Origin: a virus
DNA: 64,000 nucleotides
Virus record (IMG/VR): IMGVR_UViG_3300045988_176782
Span: 64,001 to 128,000 of that record
Direction: 5' to 3' (one strand)
Positions 63,944 to 64,000 of this stretch are shown piece by piece. Position 1 is the stretch's first letter, and each line of letters opens with the position of its first letter. The position numbers and the translations under genes are program-made. The notes beneath the pieces are model-generated. The model had not been told where the DNA came from. It did no database searches and was given only the letters and a program-made list of their open reading frames with translations.

Positions 63944-64000
63944 CTACGAAACGGAAGAAGCTATTCCACTAACAGATTATACCAATTATGATTCTGAAAC
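63936..64000 (+). CDS. 5' end of a further gene, truncated by the window edge
   Basis: AAGGAG RBS then ATG. Open to the window end. Confidence 0.4.
   Translation, partial: MFNYETEEAIPLTDYTNYDSE

Overview
This 64 kb window looks like part of a low-GC tailed-phage genome (or prophage), probably with a Firmicutes-type host. The host guess rests on GGAGG/GAAAGGAAG ribosome-binding sites, TTGACA/TATAAT promoters that often carry a TG-extended -10, and a lipobox protein.

The main point for reading the window is that TAG is used as a sense codon. Portal, terminase, head-tail, replication and several tail-fibre genes look fragmented in the standard-code ORF track. Every break I traced is a TAG, and reading through it restores long ORFs that end in TAA or TGA.

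Module map:
- 1-13005, minus strand: head and packaging operon. It holds head-tail proteins, major capsid, scaffold, portal, a large terminase split by two endonuclease-carrying group I-like introns, a small-terminase-like gene with a third ORF-less intron, and a late-regulator-like gene.
- 13.2-13.5 kb: divergent control region with repeats.
- 13.5-32.4 kb, plus strand: about 45 small early genes, most in single-gene cassettes. Each cassette is built from a hairpin terminator enclosing the stop codon, a 15-bp palindrome TTATGTT-N-AACATAA (28 copies), a sigma-A-type promoter, a conserved GTTCC..GGAAC leader hairpin and an SD. Three tRNA genes sit in this region.
- 32.4-37.9 kb: replication-like module with an iteron array and a 1.2 kb repeat-rich non-coding stretch.
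- 37.9-57.8 kb, plus strand: tail-fibre and receptor-binding arsenal. At least five proteins carry a HylP-type N-terminal domain. There is also a BspA-type LRR protein, two Ig-plus-glycine-rich paralogs (one with a sharply GC-rich C-terminal half) and a CBM5/12-like protein. The module ends in a Cys/His/Asn-rich structural protein followed by two radical-SAM enzymes (the second with a clear SPASM signature) and a small ORF.
- 58-64 kb: small-gene region with a P-loop kinase plus metallophosphoesterase pair, tandem paralog arrays and an SPFH protein.

I found no rRNA, CRISPR array, integrase or transposase. Functional calls come from motifs read by eye, and no database search was possible.
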